Part shown: positions 34,183 through 47,066 of the stretch, piece after piece
Layout: each line of letters begins with the position of its first letter
Position numbering within the stretch: the stretch's first letter is position 1
Origin: Octopus vulgaris
Taxonomy: Eukaryota
NCBI GenBank assembly: GCA_951406725.2
Contig: OX597815.1
Coordinates: 50,716,001 to 50,780,000, forward strand
Length of the DNA: 64,000 nt
Direction of reading: 5' to 3'
Notes under the pieces: generated by a model
What the model was told of the DNA's origin: nothing
Database searches by the model: none
What the model saw: only the letters and a program-made list of their open reading frames with translations
Made by a program: the position numbers and the translations under genes

Positions 34183-36146
34183 TGTGTGTGGAATGCCTGT
34201 ACTTACATTATACTTACATTATATGTAACTGTGCATATACAATTATACATGCACATAAAGTGCATGCTGATATGCATCGTCCTTTTTTACCTAACTTTTA
34301 CAAAGTTTCTTTTTATAGTATTATTTAGGGAAGAACCATTTTATGACTGATTATTTGAAATGTAGCATGAGAATGACAGAGGTGATAAAATTCTGATTTC
34401 ATTCTTCATCTTGTTGAAACATTGATTAATATTTTACTGCTGGAGACAGTTAGTGCTACACTTTATAATATTTCACTTCTTAGTTTAGGCTTCATATCAC
34501 TTTGCATCCTACTCACAATATCAATTCACTGATATTGATTTGTTGTTATTGTTACCTGATAGATGTAATTATAGACTTTTTGACCTAGCCTAATGTAAAT
34601 CCCTTAGACAGCTGACTTCCATTGGCCTGATACAGTTAGCTCCTCACTTGCATAACTATTAAGATATGGATTCACTTGAGCTATTTAGCTGTTTCATTAT
34701 CTTCTTTATGTTTTTATTTTACCAACTTGACTCATTTGTTTGACCCTTCGTGTTGACCACTTTCTTATATCGTCTTTATGTTATGCCTGCTCCCATTTCT
34801 CTTGCTTTATCATTATGTTGTTACATCTTCATTTGCTATTAATTTCCTTAGCATTATTTAATTATTTACTTGTTTATTTATTCATCTGTATGTCTCTTAC
34901 AAAGTGAAAGGAAATGCTAGGTGTTGTTTCAAAAAGGAAAATAGTTGTAGTAGTTATAGCTTCCAGAAGAGCTTGATGCAGGGAATGATTTTTTTCTCTT
35001 TCTTCGTTATCTATCTATTATTTTTCTATTTCATTTTTCTATTAGCTTTTGTTTCTGGCAAATCTTCAGGAGCTGCTAATGACCTTCTGTACCAAATGAT
35101 GTCATTGACATACTTGTACATTTTTATTATATTCTTAGGTTTTTATTCATAAGGGTTTGTCTGAAGTGCACATGTGTATGTGTGTGTGTATGTGTGTAAT
35201 CATAACTTCATAATCAGAAATTGTTTATAAACTTGTACCAAGCTAATGCACACATCAACACTCAGTCAACATTATCTAAACTACCTCAATATAATTTTGA
35301 CTATATAACATGATACATTTGGTACATTTCTTCACTTGCATTATTAAAGCAACATCTATAACTTTCCAAAGAATTACTTTTTCAATCAAAATATTAAAAA
35401 TTTTTCAGCAAGTCCTCTATACCTATAGATTATACTTACAGAAAGCTTATAATGTCTTTTGTATTGTCTCTGTAAGCATAACATATAAATTTATTTATTC
35501 TAATCAAAGATATACTCCTGAAACTGGTCATGAAATTTTTTTAGTATGTAATTAGCTTTTATGTTTTAAATACTTTAATGAAATAACCTTGATTTAATTA
35601 AAATGAATATTTGATCAACTGCTTAAAAATGTCTTAATGCATGGTTAAAGAGTTGAAATCATAGCTTATTTTTACAAGGTCTATAAAGTAATGACTTTTT
35701 TTATCATATGTTAGTTATAGTGCTACTAACATGCAAACAGTTTTAATATAAAAATTATAAAACAAATATTTTAGGATTAAGGGTCTTAAATTGTTATTGA
35801 CTAAATCCTGTAAGCTATAAATATCATGATATTTGATTAACTGTGGATTGCTTCATTAACATAGTGGACCATTCTGGGTTGGCTATCTACAAATGGGTTG
35901 ATATTGTTCAGTTAGGTAGCAATAAAGATTTGGGATTTATGACCCTGGGACTCATCATGTTGTAGATGACACAAAAAGGATATGGTTTTTGTCTATAATT
36001 TTCAACAAATTATATTATTTAAGTGTTTAATTAACTGGATCATTAATTGTATTGTTTGTTGGTACTTTCAAAGTTTGTTTTTAGTTAATTTGTCTCCTTA
36101 AATTTTAAAATACATTTCACTATAGATATGTGTGTGTATACAACTA

Positions 36147-36190
<44 letters not shown>

Positions 36191-37365
36191 GTATACATAT
36201 ATAAGTGTGTTCATACATGTATATATATATATATACACACATATGTATATATGTATAGACACATGTCTGTATATATAAATATCTATGTATTTGTATATAT
36301 GCATGTGTGTGGGTATTTGATTCTTCATTTTATATCTATTTTTCCAAGCTAGCATGAGTTAGGTTAATACTAATTATAAAGGCATTGTTTATACAGCTTG
36401 ATACCATCCTTGTCGCTAGCCCATATCTATTTTCCAAGTGGTGGGGGTTTAAATTTCACATACCTTTCAAAGTGCAGTCGTAGTGAATAATTTGTTGACA
36501 GGAAAATGTCGCTGTCTGTAGACTGGCGTTTTTTTTTGCATGCATGCGCAGTGTGTAAACATTCACACAGACTCAGTGTATATTCAAACACGCAAACATA
36601 CGCACACATATATTTGTGTGTGTATTTGTGCATGTGTATAAACAAATATGTTTACATGAATGTGTAAATGTATGCGTACATATATGTGTATGTTTATACA
36701 TATATATATAAACATTACATATATTGCTATGCACCTCTGTCTGTCTCTCTTTCTCTCTCTCTCTCACTTTCTCTCTACATATATATATACATATATATAC
36801 ATATATTTGTGTGTGTATATATATATATATCCAAAAAAATTACAATATATAAAGACGTGTGTTTTGTGTGTGGGTATGTAAGTGTATCTGTTTATATACC
36901 TGGCTCTTTATCAATATTTTATATCTTTCCCTCTGATAATTCATTCAGCCATACATTCATCTGTTATGTGTGTATGTGTGTGTATGTATGTATGTATATA
37001 TATATATATACACATACACAAACACACACACACACACACACATGCATGTAAAATGTCTGTTTGACTATCTGCGTATCTATTTATATACCATGCAGCTTCG
37101 TGCGTATATCTCTTCATCTATTCACCTGTCTGTGTATGAAGCTTTAAATATGCCTGTCTGTTTGTCTGATCACTCTCTCTATTGTATAGGTGTCTGTTGG
37201 TATATATATATTTCCATTTTTTTTTCTGTCTACCTACATATTTATCCACTGCCTGTCTAATTATATGTGTGTGTATGTGCATGTTTATTGTGCATTTGTG
37301 TGTGCCCCTGTACATGTATGCCTGTCTTTTACTCACCTTCTCTTTATCTCATATTGTGTGTGTGT

Positions 37366-37396
<31 letters not shown>

Positions 37397-38030
37397 GGTG
37401 TGTTTGTATAACTGTATGTATGTTTCTAAATTTACTGCATGAAACTTGTGAATGTATCTATGCATCAGTAAAATATTTGTGTGTGTATGTATAATTTATC
37501 ACTTTCACTTTCCAAGTACAAGACTAGCCCCCTTGGTGGGAAATTTTACTGTAAACTACTTTCAATATAAACAGTATATTTTGTAAAAATTATGAAATCC
37601 AAGTAATATAAACCTTTGTGTTTGCGTCAAGTATATTCGCATACCTGTGTTTATGAGTGGGTGTATTTGAGTTTGTTTTCCTATAAGCCTACATGTGCGC
37701 ATGCTTTCTGCAATTTTTTTTTAATTCATTTCATTAAATTTATTTCATATCCTATTCTTTTGTTTCACTGTCTTTCGTTTTCTTTAATTTTCATATTTGA
37801 TTTCTCATTAAAAATCAAAGCACTAAAAACCTATAATCTCTTTAAATATTCGCCCCCACCAGTCACATCTATTTCCAGTTACCTATCTTTCCAAGTCTCT
37901 CTGCTACCACTTGCCACACTCTTCTATATCCCTTTCCCATATATACATACCTCTTCTTTGCTGTTTTCCTTCATTTCAAACTCTTTCTCTTCTCCACACT
38001 TTATATTTGTTTATTTATTTATATATACAT

Positions 38031-38061
<31 letters not shown>

Positions 38062-40057
38062 GTTGTATGTATTTGTTTTTCTTGTTTTCTTCTTCATATA
38101 GTATCTGTAAAAGCCACAACAAAATCAATTACTCACAATTAGGAAAACTGATCTCTGCTTATATCCCATACTTGACCTTTTTTGTGTGTATGTCAGATAA
38201 ATACACCAAGTCTTCCTTCACTGGCTAGTAGGCTGGTCTGGTCAGGCAGACTAGCAGACATTTATTGATAACTAATAATCGCAGTGTATTCTTTCTTTTA
38301 TTTGCTTTTCTTCCATCTTTCTATACTTCTCTTCTTCACTTCTCAATTTTCCTCCCCTCACTTTCTCTTCATCAATGTACATTCATCTGCACACAGACAT
38401 ACTTGCACATGCACACATTTCTTTCCTTTTACTTGGCTAATGTTGAAACTTGTTCTGATTTACATTGTGCCTTTGTAAAACTCTATCATTTATAACTTAA
38501 TTCTCATAAATGCGTTTCTCTATGTTAGTGTGTGTGTGTGTGGAGAGAGAGAGATGCATAAACACACACACACACACAGACACATATATATACACGCACA
38601 CTCACACATATGTGTTTGTATTTATATAATGTTTGTATGTATATGCATGTATTTCTGTGTTCATTTGTGTGTTTGACACTACTTCACCAGTGAATACAAG
38701 AGTGGTGTTAACTCAAGCTGGTACCTAGCTGATCAGTAAAATATACAATGTTTAAAATAAGTATCTGACTGAAATAAGTAAAAAGTGTGTGTGTGTGTGT
38801 GTGTGTGTGTATACATGTGTGTATATATATATATATATGTATTTCTTTTATATGATATATATTAATATATATATATACACATGTATATATATATATATAA
38901 ATAGATAGTTATAAATATATATTTCATTGTTTTTCCGTTAGTATTCTTAGTATTTTCATACATACATATGTATATGTATATACATATATATGTATATATA
39001 GATATATCATCATCATCATCATCATAATTTAATGTCTGACTTCTGTGCTGGTATGGGTTGTATATATATATATTGCAATAAAGTGAATGGGAAGAGTAGA
39101 GTAAAATTGTAAGCAGTCAGTTGAGCAGATATTGTCAGTGCTTGACATGAATGGTAAAAAGAAGGAAGGGCTGCAAATCAACAAGAAACAAGAAGCATAG
39201 AAGTTATATTTCAGATAAAACGGAATAACTGAAAGAAGACAAATTGGAATACTAGAAGAAAATGAAGCAAGCGCTTGAAGCTGTGAGATTAAGAATTACT
39301 GAAAGGAGATAGAAATGAACCTTGTCATTTTTAAGGGGTACTACACTAGAATATACTTATACTTATGAATAAATATCTGTCATCTGTGTGTGTGTGTGTA
39401 AAATAACGTGTTCATTTCTCTCAGGCTTTAAGTGTGACTTTACTCTGCAAGTCTGAAGATTTCTCACTGTAGTGGTTGAAAGCTTAAGAGTAAGTAATGC
39501 CAACCATAGAAGAATGAAGCTTTAAAGATGGACCCCACAAAGTCTGATTTTCAATTTAATAATCATGTGAATGATACATGTGAATTTAGAACCTTTTGTG
39601 CACCTCAAATTCAAGATGTACTTCTTTCAATTTTGCTGTTTTGTGAAATCTCAAATAAATTTGGATTCCTTCAAAACACCATGTAAAATACCATGTCGTC
39701 CATGAAGGGAGCTCATTGACTGCCATATCCTAATAATGAACTGTTGGAAAGACATCACTAATTTATAAACTCTCTGGCTCCATAATGGAACTCTCTTTCA
39801 TATGCTTATCCTTGAGTTAATTGTACCTGGATACATCAGAATTTTCTTTAATTATCTCCAGACACTGCCAACAACAACCTACAGAGAACAGAAGAAAAAT
39901 TTAAAAGAAACATTAAAACAGAAGCAACAATATGCATTAACACCTTAATGGATTTCTATAGAGCCACAACCCAAGTTCTAATCTTTACTTTGTTAGTGGT
40001 CCCATAACTCTGCATGTATATAGTGTCCGCCCATCCAACCATCCATTTATATTTATA

Positions 40058-40440
40058 TCTCTCTCTATATAAACGGCAGTTTGTCTGTGCGTTTTCTGTG
40101 TGTCTGTTTTCTCGTACCCTCACTCTGACCACGGCTTTCAACCGATTCTGATGAAACTTGACACACACATAGCCCAATGTCATAATTCAAAACTAACGCA
40201 GCGAAAATTTTGAAAAGTTCCCCCAGTTCTGAAAAAAATCGATAAATTCGACATGGGGTCGAGAATTAGAAACCCAAACCACAGACCGTCTAGGGGACGC
40301 AACTCCACCTTTTTTAACTCTCAAAAAAATTTACCATCATTTTTTTTCCATTTTTTTGCTATTTTTTGGCTATAACTCTCTAAAAATGCTTTATAGTTAT
40401 TTCCCTTACAAACCTGAGCAACGCCGGGCGATACTGCTAG
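40058..40440 (+). mobile_element. Non-autonomous Helitron, ~383 bp
   Basis: Begins A|TC and ends CTAG|T with no TSD. GC-rich hairpin CCTGAGCAACGCCGGG (40413-40428) lies 8 nt upstream of CTAG. CpGs are retained. Confidence 0.8.
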
Positions 40441-40444
40441 TATA

Positions 40445-40488
<44 letters not shown>

Positions 40489-40695
40489 ATTTATATATTA
40501 GTGAGAGGAGCACATACACATACATACACACACATACACACACATACACACATATATATATATTTTCAGATGTAACTAAGCACATATACAACATGTAAGT
40601 TTTCTTTCAGAGGCAAGCATTTTCCAATAAATACTATTTACGGCACTTATAGTTTAATGTTAGAAACCATTTATGTTTTCCCTTGCCATCCTAAT

Positions 40696-41009
40696 GGGGG
40701 TGCAATGGCCCAGTGGTTAGGGCAGTGGACTCTTGGTCGGAGGATCACGGTTTGGATTTCCAGACCGGGTGTCGTGTGTGTTTATTGAGCGAAAACACCT
40801 AAGAGCTCCCCGAGGATCCAGCAGGGGGTGGTGGTGACCCCTGTTGTACTCTTTCGCCACAACTTCCTCTCACTCTCTCTTCCTGTTTCTTGAGTAATGC
40901 AGCGATGGACTAGTGTCCCGTCCAGCTGGGGGGAACACATACGCTACCGAAACCAGGAAACTGGGCCCATGAGCCTGGCTAGGCTTGAAAAGAGCAACTT
41001 TTTTTTTTA
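40696..41009 (+). mobile_element. Young full-length tRNA-derived SINE with 13-bp target-site duplication
   Basis: TSD TTGCCATCCTAAT at 40683-40695 and 41010-41022; box A TGGCCCAGTGG; box-B-like GGTTTGGATTTCC; T-run tail. Confidence 0.9.
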
Positions 41010-43064
41010 TTGCCATCCTAATCATTGTGCTTTTTGCATACTCTGTATCTGTGTGCACATTTTGTTATTATTTAGATTATCTTATTTAATTCTCTCAATC
41101 ATAAACATTGGCTTTGTTCTCAAATCTCACTAGCTCTCTCTCCTTTACACACACATTTGGTTGTCTTTTTTGTTTTGTTTTGTTGTTAGTACATTATATT
41201 TATATTGTCTTGATTAAATATCTACATCTTCCAACATCCATCAAAATTTTTATCGCTAATTCCTGTTGTTATGTCAGTTATGTTTTATCATCATATTCTT
41301 CTCCAGTATTGCTTCTGTGACTGTAACTTGAAAATTTGACTCTGAGCTGTGAACTTTTGATCAGTTAATTAAAGATTGTTTTGCTTTGGTATTAAGTTGT
41401 GTTTTGGAAAATTGTAATCTTCATTAGTATCATTGAAGTGAATATGGAATGCAAATCAGTAGGAAATGGTTTTCTTGTCAATATGGCAGAATTGATTGTG
41501 CAAATAAGTGATGAGACCAAGAATGACAGTTAATTTTAAGAAAGCTTTGAATGTGAATGGTTATTAATTTTTGGTGTTGTTTCATTGGTTTTTATAGTTG
41601 TTTTTGTGGGATTTTTTTCTAGTTGGAAACTTAAAGCTAAAAGAAACTATATTGATTTTTAACTGATAAAATCTGTGTCATTGGGAAAGAGACAAATGTA
41701 TTATTATTTACAATCTGTTTCATAATAATTATGCAACATCATATAAATAAGACTAACACAACTAGACTTAAGTATGTTCACATTAGCAAACAAGCATTTG
41801 AGTTTCTATATATGACTAAGAGAGAAAGAGAAAGAAAGAGAGAAAGAGTGAAAAAGAGCAAATCAATCAATAAAAATATACATATAACTTTCTGCATTCA
41901 AGATGGAAAACAAGTAAATAGATTTTCTTTTTTTAAAAAAAGTTACTGACCTGAGAAAAAAATGTTGTATAAGCTAGTTAATTTGTATGTCTGTTACTAA
42001 CTGGATGCACTTAAATATGTAAAAATAAATAGCTGATCATATTTCTTCAGTAAAAAGATTTTTAGTGCATTCATTCAAGTAAATTTCTAACTTTTGTTAG
42101 GAATTTATTTTGAATTTAAAAAGGAGAAAATGGTACACATTTGAGGTAGGTTGAAAATAAAATGAAATTAATATGTAAATATAAAAAAAAATATTCAGAA
42201 ACCTTTTTTTCTAAAAGTATTGAATGAATTAACAAGTATTTTCACTACAATGGCATTTGCTCAAACTAAAATTCTGTAGGCTCGTTTTCTCCTACTAATA
42301 CCTCTAGACCCCTTTGCTTTCAAGTAGGTATATAAATGCTCTTTTGCTCACATACATACATGCAAAACACATGTACTGTTTATAGGTTATTGAATTATTG
42401 TTTTGGAAAATCTTTAAAGTTATTATTTAATTACTTATTTATATAGTTATTCAAAGAAACAGATTTTACACCTGTTTCGCAAGAAAAATAACTCAAGTGA
42501 AAACAGATAGGATATATGGAGAAAAATGTGTACATGTGTGTATATTATGCTTGTACACAAACACATACACGCATTAACAAGGACAAAAATGAAATAACCC
42601 TGTAGCATGTACACACACACACACATGAACATCTCTCTTCTATCAGCTACATATGTGTTCTACTCATTGTTTGACTATATTTAGAGATCCTCCCTATCTC
42701 TTTCTAAGCTGTGTATTTTAGTTATTCTTATTTGATTTTTGTACTGAACTTCTTAGTAGCTTTAATATACCAAACCATCTTTTTCTCCCCTCTCTCCTTC
42801 TTCTCATATGTACACACACACACACTTGTGTGTGTTATATATATGTAAATAGATAGATAGGTAGATAGATAGATACACACACACATGTATGTTTGTGTGT
42901 GTAATATGTATATATCTATAAATGTGTGTGTGTAATATGTATTTATCTATATAAATGTGTGTGTGTGTACTGGTATGTGTACCCAATACACAGAATATGC
43001 ACTTGAACTGATTTAATATATTAGCACAAAGAATTTGTTTTATGTTTTTTGTTAGTTTTGATTT

Positions 43065-43213
43065 CATTGTGAGATTGATTTCATCAATAACTTCTAAGTG
43101 AGGTCTACAGATGAGGGAGCAAAGCTGATCTGAGTAAGATTTGAACTCGGAGCATAGAGACTCAAAACAAATACCACAGATTATTGTATCTGATAGTATA
43201 ACTACTATGCTAA
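43065..43213 (-). mobile_element. Degenerate SINE (family of 57443-57652)
   Basis: GATTTGAACTCGGAGCATAGAGAC resembles the reverse complement of the family's CTGAGTTCAAAT motif. Confidence 0.45.
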
Positions 43214-43298
43214 ATTGACACTTAAACATAAGTATATCTATGTATGCTTGTATGTATATGCATGTGTGTGTGTATGTATATAGAAAATATGCATACAT

Positions 43299-43334
<36 letters not shown>

Positions 43335-44099
43335 ATCAATAGATAGATAGATAGATAGATAGTTAGAAAGATAGATAGATAGGTGTATTATTCTTTGTCA
43401 TCAGGTAAAGATTTCAGTATTTTACTATACTTACACTATTTCATTATACATATATTTATGTCTATAAAATATACATATACATCCATAACATATATGTATT
43501 TTTAATGGTGTGTGTGTGTGTGTTAGTACTTATGTATTGTGTTTTGTCTAAGCTTTAAACACATATACGTACTTTCATGATAAATTGTTAAGACAAATAC
43601 AGATATAGAATAATAGTTTTTTTTATTATTCAAGTAGCTTTCAACATTTTGCTAAATGTACACTGTTTTATGACACATATATCATATAAAAAATATATAT
43701 ATATTTTATTATATCATATATATGTGTGTATGTATATATATGTAGATGCGTTTGTATATATATATACCCACACAGACACCCGAACAAGCACACACATACA
43801 CAACATGCACATGAACATACACACACACACAGATAAGCTTTTGTTAGAAACAGTTTTGAATATTGGTAATTTTCTGGCATATATCTGGTTCAGAATCTTT
43901 TAATTCCCCTTCCTCTAGTTTGATTTATATTAGTTGGCATATTTGATTTGATTTTTATACAATTGGTTTTAAATTCCTCACAGAATAATTTTTCTAAAAG
44001 CTTTACTTACAAGTTTGTATCATTATTCCCTCTGCAGCACTATTTGCCATCATGCACATACTTGCACACTCACACATACACACCTCCTCTCTGTACATT

Positions 44100-44134
44100 T
44101 ATATCTGTGTATACATACACATACATATATATAC

Positions 44135-44182
<48 letters not shown>

Positions 44183-44381
44183 GCTTATACATACATATAT
44201 ACACATGTACAAACATATATATATATATAAATATATATATATTTATATGTATATGTATGTATGTATATATATATAAGTATATATATATATATATGTATAT
44301 ATATGTATGTATGTATGTAAATATATATATATATATATGTATATATATGTATATATATATATATGTATATATATATGTATG

Positions 44382-44424
<43 letters not shown>

Positions 44425-44620
44425 TATGTATATATATATATAAATATATATATACACACATAATGTAAATATTTTATATATATTTATGTGTGTGTATTTA
44501 TATATATATATATATGTGTGTGTGTGTAAGTTTATATAGATATATACATACATATTTATATATATGTGTGTGTATGTATATATCTGTATATGCGCACACA
44601 CATACGTGTGTGTGTAATGT
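44100..44620. repeat. (TA)n/(TG)n mosaic field
   Basis: Read directly. Confidence 0.93.
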
Positions 44621-45454
44621 ATGAATGTGCAAAAGTAAAAGTACCTGATGTGAAAGTAATATAAATTCAGCTACTTATGTGCTACAGTCCCCTTGCCGTC
44701 AATGTTGTGTCTTTTAGCCTATATACTCTATTCCTACTTGAAGAGCCAGCAACACGGGGATACTCCAGAATCCACTAAATCTGTCTAATACACACAAACA
44801 CATGCACACACACATTCTCACACATATCTACATTGGATATTCACTCTATAACTCTATAAACTCAGAGTTTTTCATTTCTGTGTGTTCATTCAGAGTATAA
44901 AATGTCCCAGCAACTTTATTTAAACTTTTACAAAATTTTAGTATTCTTGTTGCCTGACAGAAGACATGAAAAAATTAAGAAACTTGAAGTAATTAAGGCA
45001 TGAATTATCAGCTGCATAAAAAAAAAATGTGATGAGCAAATAAAATTTTTCAGTTCATATGTGTTGCAACTATAGTTTTTTTTTGTTATTTTATTTATAT
45101 TTTTCTTAATCTGTGATCCTCATTTACCATATGTTGCATGAAGCTCCTTTCTCTTGTACTCCTTTTTGATATAGTCTATAAACTTTTTCACACAATAGCT
45201 ATTTCCTTTTTTGTGGAATAAATCTCCTGTCATAATCATTACTGGGCACAACTTGTTTTTATTTACGTTCATATAAGCAAATAGATATATGTATGCAAAT
45301 TTGTGCATGTGTGTATTTTCATATCTTTTTATATTTATATAACCACACACATACGCATGCAGACACATACATTAGACATGCACACACATGCTCTCATGGA
45401 AACAAACAAAAAAAAACACATGCTATGAATGTTTGTTACGTTATATCCCCATTA

Positions 45455-45765
45455 TCGCCTTTCATCCCTTCAGTGGGGCCAATAAAATAAAGTAACAGTC
45501 AAGAAATAGTGTAAATGTAATTAACTATCTCATTCTCCATAAAACTGCTGGCCTTGTGCCAAAATTTGAAACTATTACTACTATTTATTAGGGTGGTAGA
45601 TTGGTAGAATTGCCAGTATATTAGACAAATCTGAGTTCAAATTCCACTGAGGTCAACTTTGCTTCCATCTTTTCAGGGTTGATAATATAATGTACTAGTC
45701 AACTACTGGAATCAATGTAATTGACTAACCCTCTCACCCTATAATTTCTGGCCTTGTGCCAAAAC
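45455..45765 (+). mobile_element. Two adjacent SINE copies (5'-truncated 45455-45572; 45591-45765), family of 57443-57652
   Basis: Shared motifs CTGAGTTCAAATTCC, GCCTTTCATCC/GCTTCCATC and the tail CTGGCCTTGTGCCAAAA. Confidence 0.75.
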
Positions 45766-45808
45766 AATAATAATAATAATAATGATAATTATAAAAATAA
45801 TAATGATA

Positions 45809-46358
45809 AATGCCCTAATGCAGTACCAGGCACTGGCTCTCATGGCTTTCGATCTTAGCTGATTGGAAGTGTTATCATGTATATGTTTTGTCTTGATATA
45901 AAAGATGGGCTACAGCAAATATTCTGCTCAGTACTACAGATTTGCTTCTCAGCTGTTTGATGTTAACCAGCTGAGCATGTCCCTTAGTGGCTGACAATAT
46001 GTGCATCTCTGATCATAAGCAGAAGTAGCGGGGGAGCAATATAGCCATGTGTTGAGAGGAATTCTTTGGAGTTTGAATAATTCACTTCTGGTACCATTGG
46101 TGTTTTGTTCATCATCCTTAAAACAAATCTTATTCAAGAACTTTGAGTGGGATGAGCTACTCAACCTGAATTTTCTGACTGGGCCCCACCTGCAAGGTCA
46201 TGTGCTAAAAGAAAAGAAGTGATCACCATGTCACGCACATAGGGTCGTGGTGCATGTACCTGGTGTACCCTTGTCAGACAGGTAGTCATGGTGGGTATAT
46301 TGGGCTTCATATATTTTATCCCAGTATCACTATGATAGCATGTACTGCTCTCTCACTC
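45809..46358. mobile_element. ~550-bp interspersed element embedded in (AAT)n
   Basis: Complex, higher-GC block bounded on both sides by (AAT)n tracts (45766-45808, 46359-46437), with no long ORF. It resembles a dispersed octopus repeat from memory. Confidence 0.55.
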
Positions 46359-46389
46359 AATAATAATGATGATGATAGTAGTAGTAGTA

Positions 46390-46437
<48 letters not shown>

Positions 46438-46519
46438 TCAAAAAATATTAAACAGTTTACATATGGTCAGAACATAGAAATTTATTATTATTATTATTAT
46501 TACCACTACTATTATTTAT

Positions 46520-46872
46520 TGGGGTGATGGATTGACAGAATTGTTTAACTTTTGCTCTTTATGTTCTGAGTTCAACTTTATCTTTAATTACACCAGTTTA
46601 GATAAAATAAAGTATCAGAAACACCCAAGGTTGATGGTAATCAACTAATCTCCCCTAAATTTGCTGGTTTTTGTGCTGTTAAGCATTAGAGCCTTTTAGT
46701 ATATCTTCTGACTTTTTATGTTCTGTGTTCAAATTCTGCCCAGCTCAACTTTGGCTTCCATCCCTCCAGAATGAATAAAATACTATTCATGTGCTCACCC
46801 CAAAATCGTTGACTATTCATGTGCTCAACCCCTCACCCCAAAATCGTTGACTTTGTGCCAAACTCAGAAACT
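46520..46872 (+). mobile_element. Two further degenerate SINE copies (family of 57443-57652); the second has a ~30-bp internal tandem duplication
   Basis: ATGTTCTGAGTTCAA and ATGTTCTGTGTTCAAATTCTGCC...GGCTTCCATCC; ACTATTCATGTGCTCA...CCCCAAAATCGTTGACT occurs twice. Confidence 0.65.
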
Positions 46873-46892
46873 GTTGTTGTTGATTTAGTGGA

Positions 46893-47066
46893 TGAGCTTC
46901 TGGTTGGTGACTAGATATAGCAACCAAAATTCCATGAAATCAGACCCTAACACTTTAAAAAAGAAAAAGAAATGGAACATTACAGAAAGTAGATGATCAT
47001 GATTAGAATGCCTTTTATAGTTGGTCTGCTAGTCAGATCTGACCTGGGGCTAAGCAATACAAACAA
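46893..47066. mobile_element. Dispersed ~200-bp repeat, unclassified (related copies near 25630, 52889, 56345 and 58166)
   Basis: CTGACCTGGGGCTAAGCAA is reverse-complementary to TTGAATCCCAGGTCAG (58172), and the GCAACCAAA/GCAGCCAAA and TAGAATGC motifs are shared with 56345-56545. Confidence 0.55.

Noticed and set aside
39230-39960. Possible decayed transposase or Helitron coding remnant
   Set aside because: Stops in all frames examined and no diagnostic motif.
40696-40770. tRNA gene
   Set aside because: Boxes A and B are present but there is no complete cloverleaf, and it continues into a SINE body bounded by a TSD.
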